From contig JAGAQZ010000133.1 in NCBI GenBank assembly GCA_017622505.1, positions 8,920 to 72,919 on the forward strand: DNA of 64,000 bases, given 5' to 3'. Within the stretch, counting starts at the first letter, position 1. Every line of letters starts with the position of its first letter. The notes under the pieces are model-generated. The model was not told the DNA's origin and did not search any database. It worked only from the letters and a program-made list of their open reading frames with translations. Origin of the DNA: Lachnospiraceae bacterium. GTDB lineage: Bacteria > Bacillota > Clostridia > Lachnospirales > Lachnospiraceae. Positions 38,599-47,570 of the stretch are shown here, piece after piece. The position numbers and the translations under genes were made by a program.

Positions 38599-39084
38599 CT
38601 AAATAACAACTTCTTCTTTACCAACAGAACGAATCACAAGGTCTCCGCTTTCCGGGTCAAAAATAACAGTGCGACCATAATCTTTGCCCGTATCTTCGGC
38701 AAGCAAAGGAATATTAAGTTCTTTCAGTTTTGCTTTACTTGCTTCTACATTCTGTTCGCCCACTCTCACCATATCAGACTTATTCTGAAATGCGAACATC
38801 TGGGCTCCGCCGGCAATTTTGGCAACCATACGGCTACGGGATGCCCCCTGCATTACCATAAGGCGTACTAATTCCTCAATTCCGGTATCAGCAAACTTAT
38901 AAATATTACTATTGTTTTTAATTGTTTTACTATTTGGTAGCATGACATGGGCCAATCCGCCAACTTTTGTAATCGGATCCCGAATCGCAACACCAACACA
39001 GGAACCAAGTCCCAAAGTGGTTATTTTGTCAGGACTCTTGACTACATTCAAGTCTGCCATGCCTACTTTTATTGTCTCACTCAT
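38599..39084 (-). CDS. cheD: Chemoreceptor glutamine deamidase CheD
   Basis: TLGLGSCVG, GGLAHVMLP, AKIAGGAQMF and EDTGKDYGRT motifs. Confidence 0.97.
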   Translation of the reverse strand: MSETIKVGMADLNVVKSPDKITTLGLGSCVGVAIRDPITKVGGLAHVMLPNSKTIKNNSNIYKFADTGIEELVRLMVMQGASRSRMVAKIAGGAQMFAFQNKSDMVRVGEQNVEASKAKLKELNIPLLAEDTGKDYGRTVIFDPESGDLVIRSVGKEEVVI

Positions 39085-39104
39085 AAACAACCTTTCAGCA
39101 AAGC

Positions 39105-39710
39105 TTACATGCCAAGCGCAGATAAAATTTTATCATAAGAATCCAAATCAGGCACCAGGATAAAATATCCATCCAAACCTTCAAAGAACTGTGTCTGAAT
39201 TAAAAGAAGCTTATCGCCCATAGTACCGAACTCAATTGCCGGAACACTTAAAATTGCACCCGCCATATCAATGCTTAACGCCGGTACGGAAGGATAAATC
39301 ACAAGTTGTGTCAACATTGATAAGGAATTCAAATATGACGCAGTAATAATATTACCGATTTCTTTCAATGCCGACTGCTCCATTTCGGTAGGCTCATCGC
39401 CTGTCACTTCCATACCCATCAACTTGGAAACCAGTTTTCTTGCAGATTCCTTATTCAATAAAAATAAGATACTACCGGTAATATCGCCTTCTACCATCAG
39501 GTAGATGCCTGCCATAATCTGCTCTTCGCCGCCCATAATGCTTCCGACCTCAGAAAACTCAAGAAGCCTTACTTGCGGTACGGCCATATCAACCTTACAG
39601 CCAAGCATCTGTGCCAAAGCCGTTGTTGCATTTCCGGCGCCGATATTACCTATTTCTCTTAACACATCATAAAATTCCTGGTTTAAATTATCCAAATCAA
39701 TTCTGGACAT
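39105..39710 (-). CDS. cheC: Chemotaxis phosphatase CheC
   Basis: Two ExxN motifs (EIGNIGAG, EIGNII); next to cheD. Confidence 0.96.
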   Translation of the reverse strand: MSRIDLDNLNQEFYDVLREIGNIGAGNATTALAQMLGCKVDMAVPQVRLLEFSEVGSIMGGEEQIMAGIYLMVEGDITGSILFLLNKESARKLVSKLMGMEVTGDEPTEMEQSALKEIGNIITASYLNSLSMLTQLVIYPSVPALSIDMAGAILSVPAIEFGTMGDKLLLIQTQFFEGLDGYFILVPDLDSYDKILSALGM

Positions 39711-39725
39711 AGCTTTACGCCTCCA

Positions 39726-40175
39726 TTAATTTCTTTCAGCTACTACTTCGTTCAAATCTAAAAGTGAAATCAAATTATCACCGTCTTTACCTACACCCAA
39801 AAGGAAATTCTGTGTAGGATCGGAAGGATCACGATACACTTTCTCAGTCAAATCATTCTGAAGTGTGATTACTTCTCTTACCTCGTCTACAATAAGACCA
39901 ACATAACTTCCGTCTAATTTAATAATGATAATACGGAATTTCTTGGTTTCTTCCACTTCTTCCATACCCATTTTAAGACGTAAGCTAAATACGGGAATTA
40001 CTTCACCACGAAGATTAATTACACCTTTAATATATGTAGGAACCTTGGGAACACGGGTAATATGTTGCATTCTTACGATATTGTCAATATATTTGATGTC
40101 AATACCGTACATTTCATCACCCATTTTGATTTTAATATATTGAGTTGTCTCTTTTACCAAAGCGATTTCGTCCAT
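39726..40175 (-). CDS. cheW: Chemotaxis coupling protein CheW
   Basis: ITRVPKVP.YIKGVINLRGEVIPV and GLIVDEV motifs. Confidence 0.97.
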   Translation of the reverse strand: MDEIALVKETTQYIKIKMGDEMYGIDIKYIDNIVRMQHITRVPKVPTYIKGVINLRGEVIPVFSLRLKMGMEEVEETKKFRIIIIKLDGSYVGLIVDEVREVITLQNDLTEKVYRDPSDPTQNFLLGVGKDGDNLISLLDLNEVVAERN

Positions 40176-40230
40176 ATTTTACCTCTTTCTGCTGAATTCT
40201 TTCAGTCTCAAATACTTATACGAATACAAA

Positions 40231-42300
40231 TTAAATCAATGCGTTCGCATCAAGAATCAATGCTACTTCACCATCACCTAAAATGGTTGCGCCACTAATT
40301 AACTTGCACTTGCCGATATATTTACCCATAGACTTAATAACGATTTCCATCTGTCCAAGCAAATCATCTACCACGAGACCTGCAAGACGATCACCCTTCT
40401 TGGCGATCAATACGGTCATCTCATCTTCTGGATTACGTGTACTTTCAACATCAAGAACCTGGTCTAATCTAACAAGAGGAATCACTTTGCCTCTCAAATG
40501 AATTACTTCTTTGCCCTGTACAGTCTTAACTTCAGAAGGAGAAATGCCTTCGATTGTCTGTACGGAACCAAGTGAAATTGCATATTTCTCGCCACCTACA
40601 ACAACCATAAGTGCCTGAATAATCGCAAGTGTTAAAGGAAGACGAACGATGAATGTACTTCCTTCACCAAGCTTTGTTCTGGTTTCAATTTCACCGCTTA
40701 ATGCTTCAATCTTACTCTTAACAACATCAAGACCTACACCACGGCCGGAAACGTCGGATACCTGCTTTGCTGTAGAGAAACTGGGAAGGAATAACAAGTC
40801 GATAATATCCTTATCCGCCATTGTTTCTGCCTGTTCAGGTGTAATTGTACCACGTTCAATCGCCTTATTCTTAACTGCTTCAACGTCAATACCGTTACCG
40901 TCATCACCAACTTCGATTACTACGTTGTTACCATCCTGATACGCATTTAAGAAAATGGAACCCACTTCTGACTTGCCACGTGCCTTACGTACTTCTGCAC
41001 TTTCCAAGCCATGGTCAGCAGAGTTACGAAGCAAATGCATCAAAGGATCACCGATTTCATCTACTACGGTACGATCCAATTCCGTTTCTTCACCGGTCAT
41101 ATATAATTCCATCTTCTTGTCTAACTTCTTAGAAAGATCTCGAATCATACGAGGGAATTTACTAACAACGCTTTCGATAGGAACCATTCGAACCTTCATA
41201 ACGGATTCATGAAGATTTGTGGTAACACTCTCTAAATATTCAATCTGCTCATTAAACGCAAGATTTGAAGAACCAACTTCGTTTGCTGCAACACTGACAA
41301 GTGAATTCTTTGAAATAATAAGCTCACTTACCAAATTCATCAATACATCTAACTTCTCAATATCAACACGAACGGTACGGCTTGCCATTGCCTTGCCCAC
41401 AGCTTTCTTCTCGCCGGACTTAGCAGGTGCAGCGGGCTTATCATCTTTTACCGCCACTTTCGTGTCTGCTTTCTTCGCAACAGCCGTTGTTTTAGCAGGT
41501 TCAGCAGCTTCTAACTTAATTTCTTCACCAATTGCATCTTCAATTTCAGACACATACTTAATTGCACCAATGACCTTCTCTAAAGAATGCTCGGTTAAGA
41601 AAATAATACTGAAATCATTCTCGAATCTTTCATCTTCAATATCCTGTGCGGAAGGAACGGATACGATTACATCACCCAACTCTTCCAAAGCCTTGAATAC
41701 AAGGAATGCACGTGCTGCCTTTAAAATACAGGTCTCCTGTACATAAACGCTGATACCGTATGCATGAATATTCTCTTTGGCAGCTTCTTCAATAACATGG
41801 CGTTCTACGTCACCAATCTTGATATCACGCCATTTTTCTTTCAAACCGCCGCCTGCCGCAGGCTTATCTTCCTTAACTTCTTCCTTGGGTTCTTCTTTGG
41901 CCGCAACTGCGCCGCCCTTGGTTTCAAGAATAACATTCAATGCCTTAATCAAATGTTCGTTATCATTGGTACCTTCATCAGCATTCTCCTGAATTGCCGC
42001 AAGATATTCTTCCAATGCATCTAAACACTGGAATAAAATATCAATCATATCAGCATTTACCTTAATGGCACCGTTACGAACTTCAGAAAATACATTTTCC
42101 ATATCATGAGTAAGAGTCTGCATTCTCTTATAGCCCATAGTACCTGCCATACCCTTTAATGAGTGTGCGGCACGGAAAATCTCATTTACGGTATCCATAT
42201 TCTCCGCATCCTGCTCCAAAGCCAGAATCTGAGTATTCAAATTCTGAAGGTGTTCACGTGTTTCATCAATAAAAATGTCTAAATACTGGCTTACGTCCAT
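40231..42300 (-). CDS. cheA: Chemotaxis histidine kinase CheA
   Basis: Hpt FRAAHSLKG, P2 domain, HLLRNSADHG, GRGVGLDVV and a CheW-like P5 domain. Confidence 0.99.
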   Translation of the reverse strand: MDVSQYLDIFIDETREHLQNLNTQILALEQDAENMDTVNEIFRAAHSLKGMAGTMGYKRMQTLTHDMENVFSEVRNGAIKVNADMIDILFQCLDALEEYLAAIQENADEGTNDNEHLIKALNVILETKGGAVAAKEEPKEEVKEDKPAAGGGLKEKWRDIKIGDVERHVIEEAAKENIHAYGISVYVQETCILKAARAFLVFKALEELGDVIVSVPSAQDIEDERFENDFSIIFLTEHSLEKVIGAIKYVSEIEDAIGEEIKLEAAEPAKTTAVAKKADTKVAVKDDKPAAPAKSGEKKAVGKAMASRTVRVDIEKLDVLMNLVSELIISKNSLVSVAANEVGSSNLAFNEQIEYLESVTTNLHESVMKVRMVPIESVVSKFPRMIRDLSKKLDKKMELYMTGEETELDRTVVDEIGDPLMHLLRNSADHGLESAEVRKARGKSEVGSIFLNAYQDGNNVVIEVGDDGNGIDVEAVKNKAIERGTITPEQAETMADKDIIDLLFLPSFSTAKQVSDVSGRGVGLDVVKSKIEALSGEIETRTKLGEGSTFIVRLPLTLAIIQALMVVVGGEKYAISLGSVQTIEGISPSEVKTVQGKEVIHLRGKVIPLVRLDQVLDVESTRNPEDEMTVLIAKKGDRLAGLVVDDLLGQMEIVIKSMGKYIGKCKLISGATILGDGEVALILDANALI

Positions 42301-42303
42301 CTC

Positions 42304-42912
42304 TTATACCCCCACATTTAATGTTATTTCGTTTGCTATGTATTTTAAATCAACTGATTTGTGTCTTATTTTATTCTTTACGATACTGCCCGGCATTCCG
42401 AACACTACGCAACTTTCTTCATTTTGAATAATAACCTTTGCCGGCTTCTTCGGAATCAAATTCTTAATTCCTTCCGTACCATCGGCACCCATTCCGGTCA
42501 TTACAACACAGATTACTTCATCATATCCGCTGTCAACCAAAGATTCGTACATAAAATTTGCACAAGGTCTTACGCCTTCTCTGTACGGTTCATCCTGTAA
42601 ATGTATTTTGTGGTCATTGCCGACTTTCTTCACTTCCATATGCCTCCCTGCCTTCGCAAGATACACATATCCGTCCCGTAAAATGTCGCCCTCTTCCGCT
42701 TCCTTAACTTCAAGTTCGCTGATGGAATCCAAGCGTTCCGCCAAAGTCTGTGTAAAACCATCCGGCATATGTTGAACAATCAAAACCGGTGCCTTTAAAT
42801 CTTTCGGAAGTTTCGGAATCACCTCCTGCAAAGCTCTCGGTCCTCCCGTAGAACATGCAATGGCAACAATCTTACCCGTTTTCCCGGCAATTTTATAATT
42901 ATGTGCTGTGAT
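42304..42912 (-). CDS. cheB: CheB methylesterase catalytic domain only (receiver domain absent; start codon uncertain)
   Basis: The frame is open from 42930: ...KIVAIACSTGGPRALQEV...QHMP...RPCAN...MTGMGADG. The S-H-D triad is intact. The track's start (TTG 42831) lies downstream of the catalytic Ser. Coordinates assume an ATC start. Confidence 0.8.
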   Translation of the reverse strand: MTAHNYKIAGKTGKIVAIACSTGGPRALQEVIPKLPKDLKAPVLIVQHMPDGFTQTLAERLDSISELEVKEAEEGDILRDGYVYLAKAGRHMEVKKVGNDHKIHLQDEPYREGVRPCANFMYESLVDSGYDEVICVVMTGMGADGTEGIKNLIPKKPAKVIIQNEESCVVFGMPGSIVKNKIRHKSVDLKYIANEITLNVGV

Positions 42913-43119
42913 AGGCCATTCACCTTCTTCTCAAGTTACTGACAAGCATTTTCATTTATATAAAAACAAATTCAAACGCTTGTTTTCAATATGAACATAC
43001 TTCACTCATCATATTTCGCATACATTATATCACACACCATTCTTCACGTGCGTGCATAGTGACTTTATATGATTTATTTTATCACTTTTTTCAGTAAAAT
43101 AAAAGGTTTTCTTGCAAAA

Positions 43120-43149
43120 GCACACCATTATATTCATTTGAATATGATA
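43120..43149 (+). promoter_or_regulatory. Sigma-K-like promoter
   Basis: GCACA-16 nt-AATATGATA against the consensus (c)ACA-N16-CATAnnnTA; one mismatch. Confidence 0.5.
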
Positions 43150-43187
43150 AATAAAAGCAAAACTGCCTTTTAGGCGGAAAGGACATT

Positions 43188-44531
43188 ATGTCAAGTTTTA
43201 ATCCTTTTGAAGAAAAACCCATGCCCATAGATAAAACTTTTATGGATTGGCGGATGATGAATCCCAAATCCTACAACAAAGAAGAAACTGACCCTTATAC
43301 GAAAACCCGCATCATTCTTATGAATGGTACGGAATTTGAGGCACAGTGGTTCTCAAGAAACTTCTCTCGCCACTGTGATGACAATGATTTACGGAGAGAA
43401 TTGGCTCTTACAAGACGCATTGAACAGCAACAACAGAAAAGAATATCCTGTCTCCGGCCAAGAAACGAGACAATTTTGGAAACCACAATCGCTTATGAAC
43501 AGCTGGCTGTCGACTTAACTGCCGTTCTTGCTAAAATGGAAGAAAACTGCACGGTTAAAAATGCGCTTAACTTTGCGCTTTTAGAAGACTTCGATCACCT
43601 TTATCGCTACTCTAACCTTTTAGATTACGAATACGGTACCGATCCCAAGAAATTAGTTGGCGGATATACGGAAATCATGCCTGCAAGACCTACCATTGCG
43701 GAACATCGTTATCCTTTTGATTCTATTTTTCCTCACGTAAACAACAAGAATTCTTCTCTACAGACTTTATTGAATATCAACATTATTACTGCAGCCGAAC
43801 AGCAGACAATGAACTATTATATGAATGTTGCTCCTTTGTATTGCAAGTCCGATTTAGGTCGCAGGCTTTACCAGGAAATTGGTATGATCGAGGAAGAACA
43901 TGTTTCACAATATGAAAGCTTAAAAGACACTAATGCAACCTGGCTGGAAGACCTTCTTTTGCACGAATATACAGAATGCTATTTGTACTATTCCTGCTAT
44001 ATGATCGAATGCGACCGCTATATCAAGCGTATCTGGGAAGAATGTCTCATCCAGGAAATCGCGCATCTTAATAAGGCAAAAGAATTTTTATGGAAGTATG
44101 AACGCAAAGAATGGCAACAGGTAATTCCTTGCGGTAACTTCCCGTCCATCTTAAAATTAGGTTCCAATATTGAATACGTTCGCAATATCATTGCTACAAC
44201 CACCGGCAACACGCAACGCCTCGAGTGTGTTGTCCCTTTAGATGACTTAAAAGAAAATGCTCCTTTCTTCTTCTATCAGTCAACCGTTAACAACGATGTA
44301 CACAATGTAGCAAGTCATGAAGTCATTGCGAAATATATCCAAAGCAAGAGCTGTGATTACCGATATGAAGTTGCCGAACATCCGATTTGTGTATTACGCG
44401 ACCGCACTTGCGACAATACAGGCATCGGAAGAATCCCTTCCGAAACACCGGATTCTACATCCATTTGCGGCACTACCTCTAACAACTGTAATTGTCATAC
44501 GCAGTCTTGCGACGGTAAAATAAATAGGTGA
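43188..44531 (+). CDS. Ferritin-like-fold hypothetical protein, possibly sporulation-associated
   Basis: Repeated helical ExxH-type metal ligands (EDFDHLY, EEEHVSQY, EIAHL), Cys-rich C-terminus, SD GAAAGGA. Confidence 0.7.
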   Translation: MSSFNPFEEKPMPIDKTFMDWRMMNPKSYNKEETDPYTKTRIILMNGTEFEAQWFSRNFSRHCDDNDLRRELALTRRIEQQQQKRISCLRPRNETILETTIAYEQLAVDLTAVLAKMEENCTVKNALNFALLEDFDHLYRYSNLLDYEYGTDPKKLVGGYTEIMPARPTIAEHRYPFDSIFPHVNNKNSSLQTLLNINIITAAEQQTMNYYMNVAPLYCKSDLGRRLYQEIGMIEEEHVSQYESLKDTNATWLEDLLLHEYTECYLYYSCYMIECDRYIKRIWEECLIQEIAHLNKAKEFLWKYERKEWQQVIPCGNFPSILKLGSNIEYVRNIIATTTGNTQRLECVVPLDDLKENAPFFFYQSTVNNDVHNVASHEVIAKYIQSKSCDYRYEVAEHPICVLRDRTCDNTGIGRIPSETPDSTSICGTTSNNCNCHTQSCDGKINR

Positions 44532-44598
44532 TAACTTTGTAATAATACACTTTTATTTTTTTACTTTGTATATTTTACCTTAGATATCCTAAGCAATG

Positions 44599-44642
44599 AA
44601 AAGCCTTAGCACTCTCGATTTTTCGAAATTGCTAAGGCTTTT
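44599..44642. terminator. Bidirectional terminator between the convergent ferritin-like and PilZ genes
   Basis: aaaagccttagca-N18-tgctaaggctttt. Confidence 0.85.
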
Positions 44643-44701
44643 ATTATCTACTTACTATTTTATCATCTTATATTTATCCGTCTTAATATCTCTTGTAATG
44701 T

Positions 44702-45439
44702 TTAAACGTCTTTTTGTCTCTTTTTACGTTCTTCTTCAAAGATATAACGAATATTGTCTTCCCGCTCTCTTTGACTAATATAAACAAATCTTACACGTTG
44801 TTCGTACTGTCCTGGATTGTTTTCCAAACGCTTACAACTCAAAAGTTCACCCGCGATACACATTCTTCGATTACTGCTTTCCCTGCGAAGTGTATAATTA
44901 CATACCACAATAGACTTTGGTTCAAAAGGAGTATCTGACGTAAAACGCAATCCGCCACCGCTCAAATCTAAAATTACTGCTTTGGCACCGGGCAAATCAT
45001 CTTCCCCATAAAAAACACCTTCTTTATCAATACCATGTTTTTCATCCGCAGTCAATTCACGTACTTCCATATCAAGCATACAAGGGAAACGATAATATTC
45101 TCTGCGCTGATACTTCTGCAAAGGCGATGTTACCTTCATCTCAAGCAAATACAAAGAACCGTTTTTGTAACGATTCGCTACTTTGGCATCACACTGGAAC
45201 AGTCCTCTCGCTGTAAAAAAGTGAATATGGTATTCACCATTCACCGGCAAAAGCACCAGTTTCGTCTGTTCTATGGGCATAAAAATCTCAAGACGATCAT
45301 CTCCGATTACGTCTACTACTTTGGACTCATAGATTTTCTTGCCAAAACCGCCATCCTGCAATATACATTCAATCGGTTCCAACTCAATTCTTGCCCCAGG
45401 CGATATGAATTTGGATAACAAAAATTCCTGTTCGATCAT
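44702..45439 (-). CDS. PilZ-domain flagellar brake protein (YcgR/MotI-like)
   Basis: QRREYYR (RxxxR) and DLSGGG (DxSxxG) c-di-GMP-binding motifs. Confidence 0.92.
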   Translation of the reverse strand: MIEQEFLLSKFISPGARIELEPIECILQDGGFGKKIYESKVVDVIGDDRLEIFMPIEQTKLVLLPVNGEYHIHFFTARGLFQCDAKVANRYKNGSLYLLEMKVTSPLQKYQRREYYRFPCMLDMEVRELTADEKHGIDKEGVFYGEDDLPGAKAVILDLSGGGLRFTSDTPFEPKSIVVCNYTLRRESSNRRMCIAGELLSCKRLENNPGQYEQRVRFVYISQREREDNIRYIFEEERKKRQKDV

Positions 45440-46314
45440 GTCGTCTTTTTACCGGCTACGATATGTGAGAAAAATGCAGCCATACCCCTTTTTTGTATTT
45501 TTTTATCTACTTCTTTATTCATCAATATAGAAGCTATATTTTCATATGCAATCGCCGACTTTGCCTTAGGATTCTCCAAAGAAACCGGCATCTGTTGCAT
45601 CACTGCATTTGAAAGTTCCTGGTCCTGCGGAACACTTCCAAGATACTCAAGGTTTAGGCTTAAATATTTAGAAACAACCACATTCAACTTGTTAAACAAT
45701 GTCTTACCTTCCTGTTCGGAAGATACTCTGTTAGAAATCACCTTGATTTGAGAATGCTCATTCGAAAATCTCGGATGTCGATTCAACGCTTTTAGCAAAG
45801 AATACGCATCTGTAATGGACGTGGGTTCCGGTGTGGTGACAAGAAGTATTTCACCGCTGGCAACCAAAAACTCCAACACAGCATCGGAAATACCCGCACC
45901 GGTGTCAATAATAATCACATCCGCCATTGCATCCAACTGTGCAAGATTCTTAATAATATACGTCAAATAATCACGACTCAAATCCGACATACCGACAATA
46001 CCGGAACCACCACTGATAAAACCAACCTCACCCGGTCCCCAGGTAATAATGTCGCTCATATTCATGCCTTTGTATATTAAGTCATACAAACTGTGCTTTG
46101 GCACCGCCCCAAACATAATCTCAATATTGGCAAGCCCAAAATCCGCATCCAAAATAATGACTTTCTGTCCCATTTTACGAAACTGAACCGCCAAATTAAT
46201 TGCTGTATTTGATTTACCAACACCACCCTTACCGCTGGTTACCGTAATCACTCTTGCCAAAGGCCGTTGCTGGTTTGCTTTTATAATATTTCGTAACTGT
46301 TGCGCCTGGTCCAT
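45436..46314 (-). CDS. flhG: Flagellar number regulator FlhG (MinD/ParA family)
   Basis: SGKGGVGKSN, DADFGLAN, DTGAG and TPEPTS motifs; follows flhF. Confidence 0.93.
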   Translation of the reverse strand: MDQAQQLRNIIKANQQRPLARVITVTSGKGGVGKSNTAINLAVQFRKMGQKVIILDADFGLANIEIMFGAVPKHSLYDLIYKGMNMSDIITWGPGEVGFISGGSGIVGMSDLSRDYLTYIIKNLAQLDAMADVIIIDTGAGISDAVLEFLVASGEILLVTTPEPTSITDAYSLLKALNRHPRFSNEHSQIKVISNRVSSEQEGKTLFNKLNVVVSKYLSLNLEYLGSVPQDQELSNAVMQQMPVSLENPKAKSAIAYENIASILMNKEVDKKIQKRGMAAFFSHIVAGKKTT

Positions 46315-46334
46315 TTGCCCCTCTGCTTTCTCTG

Positions 46335-47570
46335 CTATTTCCCGCCCAACAACTTCTTAACGGTACTCTGTGCGTTAAAGGTCTCAATATCTTCCGGTAC
46401 ATTCTGCCCACATGTAATGTAGGACATTGATGCACCCGTGTATATTTTCATATTCAGTAAGTTTCCGTATTCTGATGTTTCATCCAATTTTGTAAAAATC
46501 ATCTTATAATCAAACATCTTTTTATATTTATCGGCAATGCTCTTTAAATCTTTGTACTTTGTCGTTGCCGATACCACAAGATAAATCTCCTGTTCGGCCT
46601 TACCCTGTGCAAATTTTACAAAGTCAGCCATATCATCACGCTGCTTGTCATTATTCTGGGAATGTCCCGCTGTATCTACCAAGATGTAATCATAACTGCT
46701 AAAATCTTTAATCGCATCTCCAAGTTCTTCCGGAGTATAAATTACCCGAAACGGCACTTCGAGAATATTTGCATAGGTTCTTAACTGCTCAGAAGCTGCA
46801 ATACGATAAGTATCTGCAGTCAAAAGCGCAAGCTTCTTCTTCTCTTCTACAACAAACTTCGATGCAATTTTGGCAATTGTAGTTGTTTTGCCAACACCGG
46901 TAGTTCCTACAAAAAATACAACCTTAGGTCCTTCTTTCGCCGGTTCTATACATTCAGGTTTGCCAAACCGTAAAATCATACGCTGATATACATTGGATAA
47001 AATATGTTCCATCGGCATATTGGCTTTTAAATTCTTCTCAATTTCCTCCAAAATAGAATCGGCATATTTCGGTTCCACTTCATTATCTACAATTGTCTCA
47101 CGAATAAGCGAAAGAACTGCCTTCGTTTTATCAGCATCTTCCTGTACCGTTTCATTAATATATTTATTATCTTTTGTTTCCCTTACTTCTTCGGATTCTT
47201 CAGCTACTTTAACTTCTTCGCGTCTCTGTATCTGCTGTTCCAAAAGCGAGTGAAGACTGTCTAACTTCTCTTCCAACAAACGCTCTTCAGAAATAATTTG
47301 GCTATTCTTCTCTTTCTCTGCATTACTTGAAATCGTTTGTTTTGCAGGTGAAGATGACAAAGAAACCGCTACATTTTCTTTATGTACAGTCACTTCACGC
47401 TCTTCTTCTTTGGCAACGGTAATTTCCACATATGCCTTTTTGATAAGTTTAGAAAGACCTTTGGGTTTTACTGTTTTAACATTCATTAAAACAATACCAT
47501 CTCCCAATTCTTTCTTGGCATTTTCCATTGCTTCTGCTTCTGTTTTACCTTGATATTTCTTAATTATCAT
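46335..47570 (-). CDS. flhF: SRP-type GTPase FlhF
   Basis: GTTGVGKTTTIAKIA, DTAG, TKLDE and GQNVPED motifs. Confidence 0.96.
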   Translation of the reverse strand: MIIKKYQGKTEAEAMENAKKELGDGIVLMNVKTVKPKGLSKLIKKAYVEITVAKEEEREVTVHKENVAVSLSSSPAKQTISSNAEKEKNSQIISEERLLEEKLDSLHSLLEQQIQRREEVKVAEESEEVRETKDNKYINETVQEDADKTKAVLSLIRETIVDNEVEPKYADSILEEIEKNLKANMPMEHILSNVYQRMILRFGKPECIEPAKEGPKVVFFVGTTGVGKTTTIAKIASKFVVEEKKKLALLTADTYRIAASEQLRTYANILEVPFRVIYTPEELGDAIKDFSSYDYILVDTAGHSQNNDKQRDDMADFVKFAQGKAEQEIYLVVSATTKYKDLKSIADKYKKMFDYKMIFTKLDETSEYGNLLNMKIYTGASMSYITCGQNVPEDIETFNAQSTVKKLLGGK

